This document shows positions 18,294 to 27,554 of a stretch of 32,032 nt of DNA, in pieces. Under the pieces are notes generated by a model that was given only the letters and a program-made list of their open reading frames with translations, searched no databases and was not told the origin of the DNA. How positions within the stretch are numbered: the stretch's first letter is position 1; the number at the start of each line of letters is the position of its first letter. The DNA is from Eubacterium sp. (GTDB lineage Bacteria; Bacillota; Clostridia; Oscillospirales; Acutalibacteraceae): contig DAVZKM010000001.1 of assembly GCA_052272245.1 (NCBI GenBank), positions 1 to 32,032 on the forward strand, in the 5' to 3' direction. Made by a program: the position numbers and the translations under genes.

Positions 18294-19670
18294 ATGGATT
18301 ATCGTATTGAGCACGATTCTATGGGAGAAATAAAAGTCCCTGCTGATAAATACTGGGCGGCGCAAACGCAAAGAAGCCATGAAAATTTTGAAATTGGCAT
18401 TGGAATTGAAACTATGCCGATAGAAATCACCCAAGCTTTCGGCATCTTAAAAAAAGCGGCGGCAATTGCAAATAACAAATTAAAAAAAGACAAAATGACA
18501 GATGAAAAGCTTGAAGCAATTTCAAAGGCGTGTAACGAAGTAATTGACGGAAAGCTTAATGAGCACTTCCCTCTTGTTGTTTGGCAAACCGGCTCAGGCA
18601 CTCAATCAAATATGAATGCAAACGAAGTAATTGCAAACAGAGGAAATGAAATTGCAGGTAAGAAAATACTTCACCCAAATGATGACATAAATATGAGCCA
18701 AAGTTCAAACGATACTTTTCCTACCGCTATGAGCATTGCGGCTGTAATAGGAATTGAGGACAAGGTTATTCCTGCAATTGAAGCATTGATTAATAGTTTC
18801 AAAAAGCTTGAAAAAGAAAATGAAGGAATAGTTAAAAGCGGACGAACTCATCTCCAAGACGCAACTCCTATAACATTTTCCCAAGAAATAAGCGGCTGGC
18901 GCAGTTCACTTGAAAAGGACAAAAAACTTATTAAAATTGCTCTGCCTGAACTTAAAGAATTAGCACTCGGAGGAACGGCTGTAGGAACAGGTCTTAATGC
19001 ACCTAAAGGCTTTGACGAAGAGGTTGCAAAGGCAGTTTGTGAAATTACCGGAAAAGATTTTATTACTGCTGAAAATAAATTTCACGCATTAACTTCTAAA
19101 GACGAAATAGTTTTTGCTCATGGCGCATTAAAAGCACTTGCATGCGACCTTATGAAAATCGCTAATGACATAAGATGGCTTGCAAGCGGTCCACGTTTGG
19201 GACTTAGCGAAATTACAATACCCGAAAATGAGCCGGGTTCATCAATTATGCCCGGAAAGGTAAACCCTACTCAGTGCGAAGCAGTAACAATGGTTTCAGT
19301 TCAGGTTATGGGAAACGATGCGGCAATTGGCTTTGCGGCAAGCCAAGGCAACTTTGAACTTAATGTTTTTATGCCTGTAACAATTTACAATTTTTTGCAA
19401 TCGGTAAGGCTTTTAAGCGAGGCGATGATTAGTTTTAATAAAAACTGTGTATGTGGTATTAAGGCTAACAAAGAAAAAATGGACAGCAATCTTCATAATT
19501 CGCTCATGCTTGTAACAGCTCTTAATCCATACATAGGATATGAAAATGCTGCCAAAACCGCAAAGTACGCTTATAAAAACAACATTTCGCTCAAAGAAGC
19601 TTGCACAACACTCGGATTTTTAAGTGAAGAAAAATTCGAAGAGGTATTCCATCCGGAACAAATGGTATAA
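18294..19670 (+). CDS. fumC: Fumarate hydratase class II
   Basis: WQTGSGTQSNMN, GRTHLQDA, GSSIMPGKVNP; AGGAGG RBS before ATG 18294. Confidence 0.96.
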   Translation: MDYRIEHDSMGEIKVPADKYWAAQTQRSHENFEIGIGIETMPIEITQAFGILKKAAAIANNKLKKDKMTDEKLEAISKACNEVIDGKLNEHFPLVVWQTGSGTQSNMNANEVIANRGNEIAGKKILHPNDDINMSQSSNDTFPTAMSIAAVIGIEDKVIPAIEALINSFKKLEKENEGIVKSGRTHLQDATPITFSQEISGWRSSLEKDKKLIKIALPELKELALGGTAVGTGLNAPKGFDEEVAKAVCEITGKDFITAENKFHALTSKDEIVFAHGALKALACDLMKIANDIRWLASGPRLGLSEITIPENEPGSSIMPGKVNPTQCEAVTMVSVQVMGNDAAIGFAASQGNFELNVFMPVTIYNFLQSVRLLSEAMISFNKNCVCGIKANKEKMDSNLHNSLMLVTALNPYIGYENAAKTAKYAYKNNISLKEACTTLGFLSEEKFEEVFHPEQMV

Positions 19671-19764
19671 ATATAACATAATAATAAAAAAGTCACAAAT
19701 CAGTAAATGACCCGGTAAATCACAAAGTTCTTGATAACATATATACCATTTTTATAGAATAAAG

Positions 19765-19801
19765 AAATAAGAGGCTGTGTTTTTTCACAGCCCCTTTATT
19801 T
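19765..19801. terminator. Intrinsic terminator (likely bidirectional)
   Basis: Minus strand GGGGCTGTG-6 nt-CACAGCCTC followed by TTATTTCTTT. Confidence 0.8.
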
Positions 19802-19807
19802 ATGTTC

Positions 19808-19901
19808 ACCGTCTGCTTAAATTATAAAAGGAGTTTAAGATAAGCATATTGCTCAAGGGTTTTGGGTTTAAATTGGGTAAAACATAATTAAGCAGACAGG
19901 T
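19808..19901 (-). ncRNA. Candidate sRNA: long closing stem with a large C-rich loop, followed by a terminator
   Basis: Arms ACCTGTCTGCTTAATTAT / ATAATTTAAGCAGACGGT enclose about 58 nt with ACCC x3 and CTCCTTT. Confidence 0.5.
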
Positions 19902-19914
19902 AAAACCTATTAAA

Positions 19915-22344
19915 TTATTTCAAAAGCGATTGTGCTTTTTCTTTCGAAAGATACTTGGTTATATAAGTATTGTTTTTGAATTTTACAAGGACAATATAGC
20001 CGTCCTTTTTGCAAAGCGAGTAAATTGATGATTGATTAAATATTTCCTGTGCCTTTTCACCATCGGTAATTTTCTTACCGTTATAGGTTTTAAGCACATC
20101 CGTCTCTTTAAGCTCGCTGCCCTGATATTCATGATAACTTTCAGGCGTTGCCGTATCGCTTTCAAAAGTGGAAAGCGCAGTAAGTGATGACTCGCTTGAA
20201 AGCCTTTTATCAAGAGCAGTAACGGTTACATACTCTATCTCACCGGACTTTGACAAATCAGCAAATGCCGTAAATTTTTTAATAGATTTAAGATAATTAA
20301 CGGTATTAACCATATCATCCCAAATATAATATGTGGCGTCATTCATATAATCGATATCATCATAATTTTGAACGCTATCATCATATGTGAAATTGATTGC
20401 GCCCAAAGGCGATTTGCCGCAGGTTAAAAGCTTTTTGTAACCTACTTTCTCAATATCTTTTAGTATCGCATCACGAAGTGCCGGCGTATTTTCAATCTTA
20501 GTTTTGGTGACGGCATCATTTGAAACTATATATGCATCACCCAAAGTAAGTGCATTTTTCACATTACTCTCATTTGCAAAATAAGCGAAGTAATATTGGG
20601 AATCATCAGAATTAAAGGTGCCGCTTGATTTTTCATCGGCTCTCTTTGATGACATTAAGAATTCAAGTTCTTTTTGATATTCTTTGCTTTGAGTCAATTC
20701 AATAATATCAAGTGAAACGTCACTGTTCGTGCAAGTATATTCACGATTAACTACCTTGCCGTTTTTAAGCAAATACTTTATCTTAACAGTAACATATGGT
20801 TCATTTCTTTTAGCAATTCTGTTTTTAAAAGAATAATTCTGTATTTTCTCAATTTTATCTATTGAGTCTTTTGTATTGAATTTACCAAGATATGCGCCCG
20901 ATAACTCATACGTACCGTAATAAAGCTGATCGGTACCTGCAGTAAGTGAACCGTCAGCAAACTGATTAGTTGACATAACACCCGAAGCGTCTATATATTC
21001 GCTGTTTATTGTTGCATAGTCAATATCCTTAATATCGGGGCAATATGTTGAATAGCCGAAGCCGCCGGAAATACAAATAACGCTTATAACCAAAATGGCA
21101 ATTGACGACACGCCTACCGGAATTACAAGCTTAATGCCGTGCTTGATATTTCTGCGTGAAATTGACATAAATACGAAATAAGCAATAATACCGCAAATCA
21201 AACCAACAAAAATATCAAGTGTTTTTGACTGAATAACATCAAAATCAGACAATAACGGCATAAAGAATGTTGCAACAAACACCGAAAATTCAAGGCTTAC
21301 AAAAACCGTTACAAAAAGGTTTGAAGAATGAAGCGCCGTATTTTCAAGCTTACGTTTATTAAGAAGCTTATTAGAAATAAATATAAACAATACGGATAAT
21401 ACAAGCCAGATAAGAATAGGTAAAATATAATTCATTCCTGCTTTTTCAAATCCTACATTTCTGCTTGCATTATTATAATAAAAATCGTTATCTATTCCGA
21501 TATCGCTTGTAGTGTCTCTCAAACAATTGAAATACATATTATTACGAACGTTATTTGAACCGAGCGCCGTACCGAAAATAAGCGGATTAATCACCGAAAG
21601 CTTAGACCAAAGAGTATCTACCGTCACCGTCAAAGAAGAACTTCCAAGCGGCATAACACTACTGTTGGTTTGCGCATATCCTCTAAGGAAATTTTTGAAA
21701 AGATATTCTATCGAAACAATGTAAAACATTGGCGACCAAATAAGACCGGCGCCGAAGAAAAGGCTTTCGATTACAGTATAACAAGCCATCATCGCAATAC
21801 TCATAAGCGAAAATCCTGCAAGCATATACGTAAAATGCTCTAAAAACAGGAAAAATCCTTGATGAATAATAAAATCCGCATGGCCTAAATATCTTATATT
21901 AATTATAATATCAATCAGCAACGGCACAGCCGTTGTTAATATCATTATAATAATCGACGAGAGCACTCTGTTTTTAAAATATGTCTTTCTGTCAATTCCG
22001 CACGAGAAAAAGAAATTAACATTGTTTTTCCTCATAATCGGAAAGAATATGCAAAATGCAAAAAGCACACCGATTATTATCGCATATATTCCATAAAACA
22101 TATAGTTAGTCGACATATTTGCGAAAAGAGCACATGCAAGCTGTTTTCTTATTGAAGCTATATTTTCTGCTCTTAAGCTAAGCGAATAAGTGCCTGCAGA
22201 TGAAATTGTTGTTACAGGAATAACAATAAAATATATAACCGAGAATAAAAGTGAAACAATGCCCGGAGCAATTAATCTAACAAACGAACGTTTAAAATCA
22301 TAACTTGCCGAATGCTTATCAACAGAAGATTTTGGAGATGTCAT
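19915..22344 (-). CDS. Large ABC transporter permease with extracellular C-terminal domain
   Basis: Many TM segments in the N-terminal half; GGAGG RBS before ATG 22344; overlaps the ATPase gene. Confidence 0.8.
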   Translation of the reverse strand: MTSPKSSVDKHSASYDFKRSFVRLIAPGIVSLLFSVIYFIVIPVTTISSAGTYSLSLRAENIASIRKQLACALFANMSTNYMFYGIYAIIIGVLFAFCIFFPIMRKNNVNFFFSCGIDRKTYFKNRVLSSIIIMILTTAVPLLIDIIINIRYLGHADFIIHQGFFLFLEHFTYMLAGFSLMSIAMMACYTVIESLFFGAGLIWSPMFYIVSIEYLFKNFLRGYAQTNSSVMPLGSSSLTVTVDTLWSKLSVINPLIFGTALGSNNVRNNMYFNCLRDTTSDIGIDNDFYYNNASRNVGFEKAGMNYILPILIWLVLSVLFIFISNKLLNKRKLENTALHSSNLFVTVFVSLEFSVFVATFFMPLLSDFDVIQSKTLDIFVGLICGIIAYFVFMSISRRNIKHGIKLVIPVGVSSIAILVISVICISGGFGYSTYCPDIKDIDYATINSEYIDASGVMSTNQFADGSLTAGTDQLYYGTYELSGAYLGKFNTKDSIDKIEKIQNYSFKNRIAKRNEPYVTVKIKYLLKNGKVVNREYTCTNSDVSLDIIELTQSKEYQKELEFLMSSKRADEKSSGTFNSDDSQYYFAYFANESNVKNALTLGDAYIVSNDAVTKTKIENTPALRDAILKDIEKVGYKKLLTCGKSPLGAINFTYDDSVQNYDDIDYMNDATYYIWDDMVNTVNYLKSIKKFTAFADLSKSGEIEYVTVTALDKRLSSESSLTALSTFESDTATPESYHEYQGSELKETDVLKTYNGKKITDGEKAQEIFNQSSIYSLCKKDGYIVLVKFKNNTYITKYLSKEKAQSLLK

Positions 22345-23212
22345 AATTCTTGTCCTCCATTTCATTTAAAAATACTTCTTCAAGAGAAAGAGTAACGCTG
22401 TCCATATGAACAGGACAAAGGCAAGCAAGAGCTCCATTGTCAAAGCTTGACGGCACAATGATTGTTGCAAGCTTATTATCAATAGTAATACCTTTATTTT
22501 CAATTCCGTCAAAAATTGATTTGTCAATATCCCTATCAAAAATAAGGCGATATTTAACATAAGCCGAGCTTGCGTCATCAACAGAAACATTCATTGCAAG
22601 TTTTTTGCCATTAATGAGTGCAACGTGGTCGCACAAATCGGCAATTTCCTGCAAATTATGACTGCTCATAATCATTGAACAGCCGGTTTCAGCCATATAT
22701 TCAATAAAAATTTTCTTACAAAGATTTCTTTTTAGCGGGTCAATTCCGTCAAAAACCTCATCAAGAAGCATATATTTAGGCATTGTTGACATAGCCAAAA
22801 CTACTTCAGCCTGCCTTTGCATACCCTTAGAAAAAGAGCCTATATTCTTTTTAGGGTCAAGACCCATTGCCTCCGTCATATTTTTAAACACTTTTGAATT
22901 AAAATTCGGAAAATAGCCTTTATAAATTTTTCCCATTTTTTCAAGGCTTGCACCCTTTACAAAATAAACTTCATCGGGCACATAAAGAAGAGATGAACGC
23001 ACCTTGCCGTTATCATAAACATTTTCCGAGTCAAAAAGCACCTCGCCGCTTTCCGGCTTTAGTATTCCTGCCGCAGTTTTTAAAAGTGTGGTTTTGCCTG
23101 CACCGTTATAGCCGACAAGACCATAAATCGAAGACTCCTCAACTTTGAAGCTTATATCCTCAACGGCAATATAATCACCGTATTTTTTAGTCACATTTTT
23201 AATTTCAATCAT
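22319..23212 (-). CDS. ABC transporter ATP-binding protein (YtrB-like)
   Basis: GYNGAGKTT, FSKGMQRQ, LLDEVFDGID, SSH. Confidence 0.93.
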   Translation of the reverse strand: MIEIKNVTKKYGDYIAVEDISFKVEESSIYGLVGYNGAGKTTLLKTAAGILKPESGEVLFDSENVYDNGKVRSSLLYVPDEVYFVKGASLEKMGKIYKGYFPNFNSKVFKNMTEAMGLDPKKNIGSFSKGMQRQAEVVLAMSTMPKYMLLDEVFDGIDPLKRNLCKKIFIEYMAETGCSMIMSSHNLQEIADLCDHVALINGKKLAMNVSVDDASSAYVKYRLIFDRDIDKSIFDGIENKGITIDNKLATIIVPSSFDNGALACLCPVHMDSVTLSLEEVFLNEMEDKNYDISKIFC

Positions 23213-23582
23213 TGCCGTTATCCTCCGAGTATATTTCATCTATTAGAAAGACAACCTCATTCTTGCTAACACCCTTAGTTTTGCAGGAGGACAAAACAAG
23301 CTTTGCATCCTCAAGTGCGGAAGCTTTAATTTTCGCATTGCCTATCGGGTTTTCACTTACAAACATTCCTCTGCCTTGGGCCGAATATGTAATTCCGTCA
23401 TGCTCAAGCTCACTGAACGCACGCTTAATCGTATTAACATTAATATTAAGCTCATTTGATAAATTTCTTATCGACGGCAGCTTATCGCCCGGATTGTAAA
23501 CACCTGTATTGATCAGCATTATTACTTGCTCTTTTATCTGCTCATATATCGGAACACGGGAATGATAATCTATAAAAAGCAC
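23205..23582 (-). CDS. GntR family regulator, YtrA subfamily
   Basis: PIYEQIK, LPSIRNL..ELNINVNTIKRAFSELE, GRGMFV and a short C-terminus; AAAGGAGG RBS before GTG 23582. Confidence 0.92.
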   Translation of the reverse strand: MLFIDYHSRVPIYEQIKEQVIMLINTGVYNPGDKLPSIRNLSNELNINVNTIKRAFSELEHDGITYSAQGRGMFVSENPIGNAKIKASALEDAKLVLSSCKTKGVSKNEVVFLIDEIYSEDNGND

Positions 23583-23613
23583 GCTTGCCCCTCCTTTTTT
23601 CATAATAGCTGCG

Positions 23614-23652
23614 TAGTGCAACTGTGATATCATTGATATCACAGTTGCACTA
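23614..23652. promoter_or_regulatory. Perfect 39-bp palindrome, putative YtrA-type operator
   Basis: TAGTGCAACTGTGATATCA-T-TGATATCACAGTTGCACTA overlapping the -10/+1 region of the operon promoter. Confidence 0.8.
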
Positions 23653-23677
23653 TATCACAGTTTTCTTCTATTGTCAA
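23649..23677 (-). promoter_or_regulatory. sigmaA promoter of the GntR/ABC operon
   Basis: TTGACA-17 bp-TATAGT with TG extension. Confidence 0.75.
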
Positions 23678-23688
23678 TAGAATTTTTT

Positions 23689-23725
23689 AAAAAAATAAGC
23701 ACATTGAGAAAAACTCAACGTGCTT
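23689..23725 (-). terminator. Intrinsic terminator
   Basis: AAGCACGTTGAG-5 nt-CTCAATGTGCTT followed by ATTTTTTT. Confidence 0.7.
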
Positions 23726-23928
23726 AAAACGTGCTTAATAAAAATAAATATAAAATTTTAATTCTTATTTGCTTTCAGCGGTTGCATTTCTTTAGGCTCT
23801 TCTTTCGGTAGCACACCTTAACAAAATCTTTATTCATTTTGTTTACTCCTGTAATTTTAAAATATTTAAATTCGGGGGCTTCTTCACCAAAGTAATTAAT
23901 TTCCTTCCCCCACTTAGGCTTTCCATTC

Positions 23929-24018
23929 TCATGCCAACCGATCAATTTTCTTTTCAGGGTTGTTGTATATACTCTCAAACTTATAATCGTCAAGAAAGAA
24001 ATGCACTATACTTTTAAA
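23929..24018 (-). pseudogene. DUF4417-like gene fragment
   Basis: Startless frame FKSIVHFFLDDYKFESIYNNPEKKIDRLA*, resembling the VHF(F/Y)LDDY.FE motif recalled for DUF4417 proteins. Confidence 0.5.
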
Positions 24019-24032
24019 AGTGAATAATTTAA

Positions 24033-24076
24033 AAATAAGGATATCATTTGGGTCAAACCGCATGATATCCTTATTT
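24033..24076 (-). terminator. Intrinsic terminator after the LUD gene
   Basis: Perfect 15-bp arms AAATAAGGATATCAT / ATGATATCCTTATTT. Confidence 0.8.
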
Positions 24077-24080
24077 AATA

Positions 24081-24719
24081 TCAATATCCTAAATTTTCAT
24101 TAACGATAATGACCTTGATTCTGTCCTTATGGCGCTGCTTTGCGGAAACGACATAATTACAGCAAATCCTGTTATCGCCGCCGCAGCCGTCGCAAAGGTA
24201 TGGATTATCCTTAGAAAGAGAAATACATTTACCTGTTTTATTACAAGGGGTCTTGACGTCAAGGCGCTGAGTGTTCATAGGAGCGCAAACGGTTTTAACC
24301 CTATAAATTGCCTCGTCAATATCCTTAACAATTTTATTTATGCCAACAATCATAATAACCTGACGTGGACCGTAAACAATGCAAGCAACACGGTTTGAAT
24401 TACCGTCAACATTATAAAGCTCGCCGTTTTCCGTAACTGCATTTGACGAAGTGAAAAATGTGTCGCAGCCGAACGTTTTAATATATGACTGCCTAAGCTC
24501 CTCTCCCTGCAAACCCGTGCGGTCGATAAAATCATAATCGCCGTTTTGCATAAGCGCCTTAACTCCCGTTTCATCAAGAGTGACAGAACCGCCGCATGAA
24601 ACGCTTTCGCCATTATTAATTAACGTCTTTACAAGAGGGACAACCTTGTCTTTAGTTTCGACGAAATAAGGCTTTATTCCGTTTTTCTCAAGATTTTGCA
24701 TAGTTTTTTGAATATCCAT
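24081..24719 (-). CDS. LUD-domain (lactate utilization LutC/YkgG-like) protein
   Basis: GGSVTL, SSNAVTENGELYNVDGNSNRV, GINKIV, Cys-rich C-terminus ending LGY. Confidence 0.82.
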   Translation of the reverse strand: MDIQKTMQNLEKNGIKPYFVETKDKVVPLVKTLINNGESVSCGGSVTLDETGVKALMQNGDYDFIDRTGLQGEELRQSYIKTFGCDTFFTSSNAVTENGELYNVDGNSNRVACIVYGPRQVIMIVGINKIVKDIDEAIYRVKTVCAPMNTQRLDVKTPCNKTGKCISLSKDNPYLCDGCGGDNRICCNYVVSAKQRHKDRIKVIIVNENLGY

Positions 24720-24725
24720 AATTTA

Positions 24726-25922
24726 TTACTCCTTTTCAATTAAGCCGTAATTTATCTTAGTTATAAGTATTCTTGTGACTGAATCTTCAATTTGAGAAAG
24801 CTCAATTCTGCCGTCGTTGACAGCTTTAACAATTGCACGAAGCTGAACGCCTACATCGGTTGCGCAGAGCATATCGTTACCTGCCATAACCGCACTTACA
24901 GCGACCTCACCTTTATCGCCGCCGACATAATTACGAACGCCGCTCATACCAAGACCGTCACAAAGAATTATGCCGTCATAGCCCATATCCTTGCGAATAT
25001 AATTATGAAGTTTTTTGGAAAGAGAGGCAGGAACGCCCTTGTCATAATCATCAATAACGTTATGACTTACCATTAAAAACGGCACGCCTGCATCAATACC
25101 TGCTTTAAAAGGCTTCAAATCCCTCTCCTCAAAGCTTTCCCAACTTCTTTTATCAACACTCATACCTGTATGGGTATTTGTATTATTACCGTAGCCCGGA
25201 AAATGCTTAACACAGCTTAAAAAGTTATTTTCATTCATAGTGCTGACTGTCTTTGATACATATTCGCTTACACTGTCAGCATCGGTTGAAAAGGCACGGG
25301 AATAAATATAGTCGCTCCTTGAATAAGGCACATCGGCAACAGGGGCTAAAACAGTATTGATACCAAGGTCAAGCATAAACTTGCTTTTATCCTCAGCGTC
25401 ATCAACAACAGCCTGCCAGCCACCTTTTTGATAATTTGTAATTCCCGAATGAAACGGCTCATTTCGATATTGGCTATATTGCGAAACACGATTAACTCCG
25501 CCGCCTTCCTCGTCAACTGCCATAAATGCAGGAATTTTAGCCGCAGACTGATAATCGATTATATCACTTCTTGTTTTGGCAGGAGTGGAATTTTCAAAAT
25601 TACGTGAGAAAAGGATATATCCTCCGAACTGCCACCTTGCCATCATTCTTGTGGGGTCTTCCTCTTTAGGAATATAGTAGAGAAGCATTTGACCTACCTT
25701 TTCATAAAGAGTCATATTTTTAATCATTTCCCTTGCCTGCGCTTCGACAGGGTCGGAATATGTTTTTTCCGCTTTTGTTGTACTCTCGCTGAGAGTTTGG
25801 GCAGTTGAAGCGGTTTTTTTATTTTCCGTTTTCGCATTATTAACAAGCACCACGTCAAACACAATTGCACCTATCAAAACAATTGCCAAAATCAGAATGA
25901 TTATTTTAACAGATTTTTTCAT
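24726..25922 (-). CDS. Membrane-anchored GH3 beta-N-acetylhexosaminidase (NagZ-like)
   Basis: N-terminal TM, AVDEEGGGVNRV, APVAD, KHFPGYG, AGNDML. Confidence 0.87.
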   Translation of the reverse strand: MKKSVKIIILILAIVLIGAIVFDVVLVNNAKTENKKTASTAQTLSESTTKAEKTYSDPVEAQAREMIKNMTLYEKVGQMLLYYIPKEEDPTRMMARWQFGGYILFSRNFENSTPAKTRSDIIDYQSAAKIPAFMAVDEEGGGVNRVSQYSQYRNEPFHSGITNYQKGGWQAVVDDAEDKSKFMLDLGINTVLAPVADVPYSRSDYIYSRAFSTDADSVSEYVSKTVSTMNENNFLSCVKHFPGYGNNTNTHTGMSVDKRSWESFEERDLKPFKAGIDAGVPFLMVSHNVIDDYDKGVPASLSKKLHNYIRKDMGYDGIILCDGLGMSGVRNYVGGDKGEVAVSAVMAGNDMLCATDVGVQLRAIVKAVNDGRIELSQIEDSVTRILITKINYGLIEKE

Positions 25923-25925
25923 TTG

Positions 25926-27452
25926 TCATACTTCCCAATATTTTCGATCAAGGGCACGAAACTGAAGCGCCTCGGCGATATGCTCAAGTTTGATTTCCTC
26001 GCTGTCTGCCAAATCGGCAATAGTCCTTGCAAGGCGCAAAACCTTATCGTAAGCACGTGCGCTCATTGAAAAATTATCAAAGCTTTCATGCAAAAGTTCG
26101 TCAGCATCCTCACTTAACACGCAACATTCCTTAGTCATTTTAGGAGTCATTTTTGCGTTGCAGGTAATTCCCGTTCCGGCAAAACGCTTTCGCTGAACAG
26201 CCCTTGCTTTATCAACACGTTTTTTAATATCTCTGCTCTTTTCGCCCACGGTATTATCCGAAAGCTCCTCATATTCGACAGGTGCAACCTCAACGTGAAT
26301 ATCAATCCTATCAAGAAGCGGACCGGAAACCTTGTCCTGATATCTCTTTTTGGCAGTAGGAGAGCAAGTACACGGCCTTGTGGGGTGGCCGAAATAGCCG
26401 CAAGGACACGGATTCATTGCTGCAATAAGCATTATACTTGACGGATAAGTAAAAGTACCTGCCGCCCTTGCAACAGTAACAACTCCGTCCTCAAGAGGTT
26501 GACGAAGCGACTCTTTTGCCCTTCTGTCAAACTCCGGAAATTCATCCATAAACATAACGCCGTTATGGGCAAGACTTATTTCACCGGGTTTTGGGTTTGC
26601 ACCGCCGCCCGTAAGTGCTTGGGCAGACACGGTATGATGCGGAGAACGAAACGGTCTTTTGGTTACAAGCGACTTGCCTGACGGAATTTTGCCTGCAATT
26701 GAATAAATCTTTGATGTTTCAAGCCTTTCCTCAAAGGTCATATCCGGCAAAATGGTAGGAAGTCTTTTTGCAAGCATAGACTTGCCCGAACCGGGAGGGC
26801 CGATAAGCAGGCAATTATGACCGCCTGCCGCCGCAATCTCAAGTGCTCTTTTGGCTTGGTCCTGACCCTTAACATCGCTGAAATCAACATTGTATTTAGT
26901 TTCTTCTTCGGCGTCAAAGTCATATTTAACACTTTCAATAACCTTTTCACTTTTAATATGAGCGAGAACGTCCATAACATTTTTAGCAGGTAAAACGTCC
27001 ACCCCGTCAACAACGCTTCCTTCATACGCATTTTGAAAAGGCACAAAAACTTTTTTAATGTTATGTTCCTTTGCCGCCATAATCATAGGCAAAATACCGT
27101 TTGCTTTGCGAATTTCACCATCAAGAGAAAGTTCTCCCAAAAATGCATAATCGTCGATATTTTCTTTAATTTGCTCGCTTGATTTCAGTATAGCGATAAA
27201 CACAGGCAAATCGAAAATCGCACCTTCTTTTTTAATATCGGCAGGTGCAATATTAACGGTTATTCTTGAAACGGGAAAATTAAGCCTGCAATTTTTAATT
27301 GACGACCTCACTCTTTCTCTGCTTTCTTTAACGGCGGTATCAGGCAAGCCGACAACGTCAAAGCGTGGAAGCCCGCCGCTGATATCACATTCAACAGTAA
27401 CATTGAACGCTTCAATACCAGATATACCTAAGCTTTTAACTTTAGAATACAT
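25926..27452 (-). CDS. comM: ComM/YifB Mg-chelatase-like AAA+ ATPase
   Basis: VGLPDTAVKESRERV, GPPGSGKS, RPFRSPHH, NPCPCG, SGPLLDRID; ATG 27452. Confidence 0.92.
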   Translation of the reverse strand: MYSKVKSLGISGIEAFNVTVECDISGGLPRFDVVGLPDTAVKESRERVRSSIKNCRLNFPVSRITVNIAPADIKKEGAIFDLPVFIAILKSSEQIKENIDDYAFLGELSLDGEIRKANGILPMIMAAKEHNIKKVFVPFQNAYEGSVVDGVDVLPAKNVMDVLAHIKSEKVIESVKYDFDAEEETKYNVDFSDVKGQDQAKRALEIAAAGGHNCLLIGPPGSGKSMLAKRLPTILPDMTFEERLETSKIYSIAGKIPSGKSLVTKRPFRSPHHTVSAQALTGGGANPKPGEISLAHNGVMFMDEFPEFDRRAKESLRQPLEDGVVTVARAAGTFTYPSSIMLIAAMNPCPCGYFGHPTRPCTCSPTAKKRYQDKVSGPLLDRIDIHVEVAPVEYEELSDNTVGEKSRDIKKRVDKARAVQRKRFAGTGITCNAKMTPKMTKECCVLSEDADELLHESFDNFSMSARAYDKVLRLARTIADLADSEEIKLEHIAEALQFRALDRKYWEV

Positions 27453-27493
27453 TTTTTCATCACCATTTGTAATTATAACATTTAATAAGAATA

Positions 27494-27522
27494 TTGACAA
27501 TATATTTTATAAAGGTTAAAAT
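27494..27522 (+). promoter_or_regulatory. sigmaA promoter of pgm
   Basis: TTGACA-17 bp-TAAAAT. Confidence 0.7.
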
Positions 27523-27554
27523 ATAAATATAAACTATATAAGGGTGTGTTTTTT

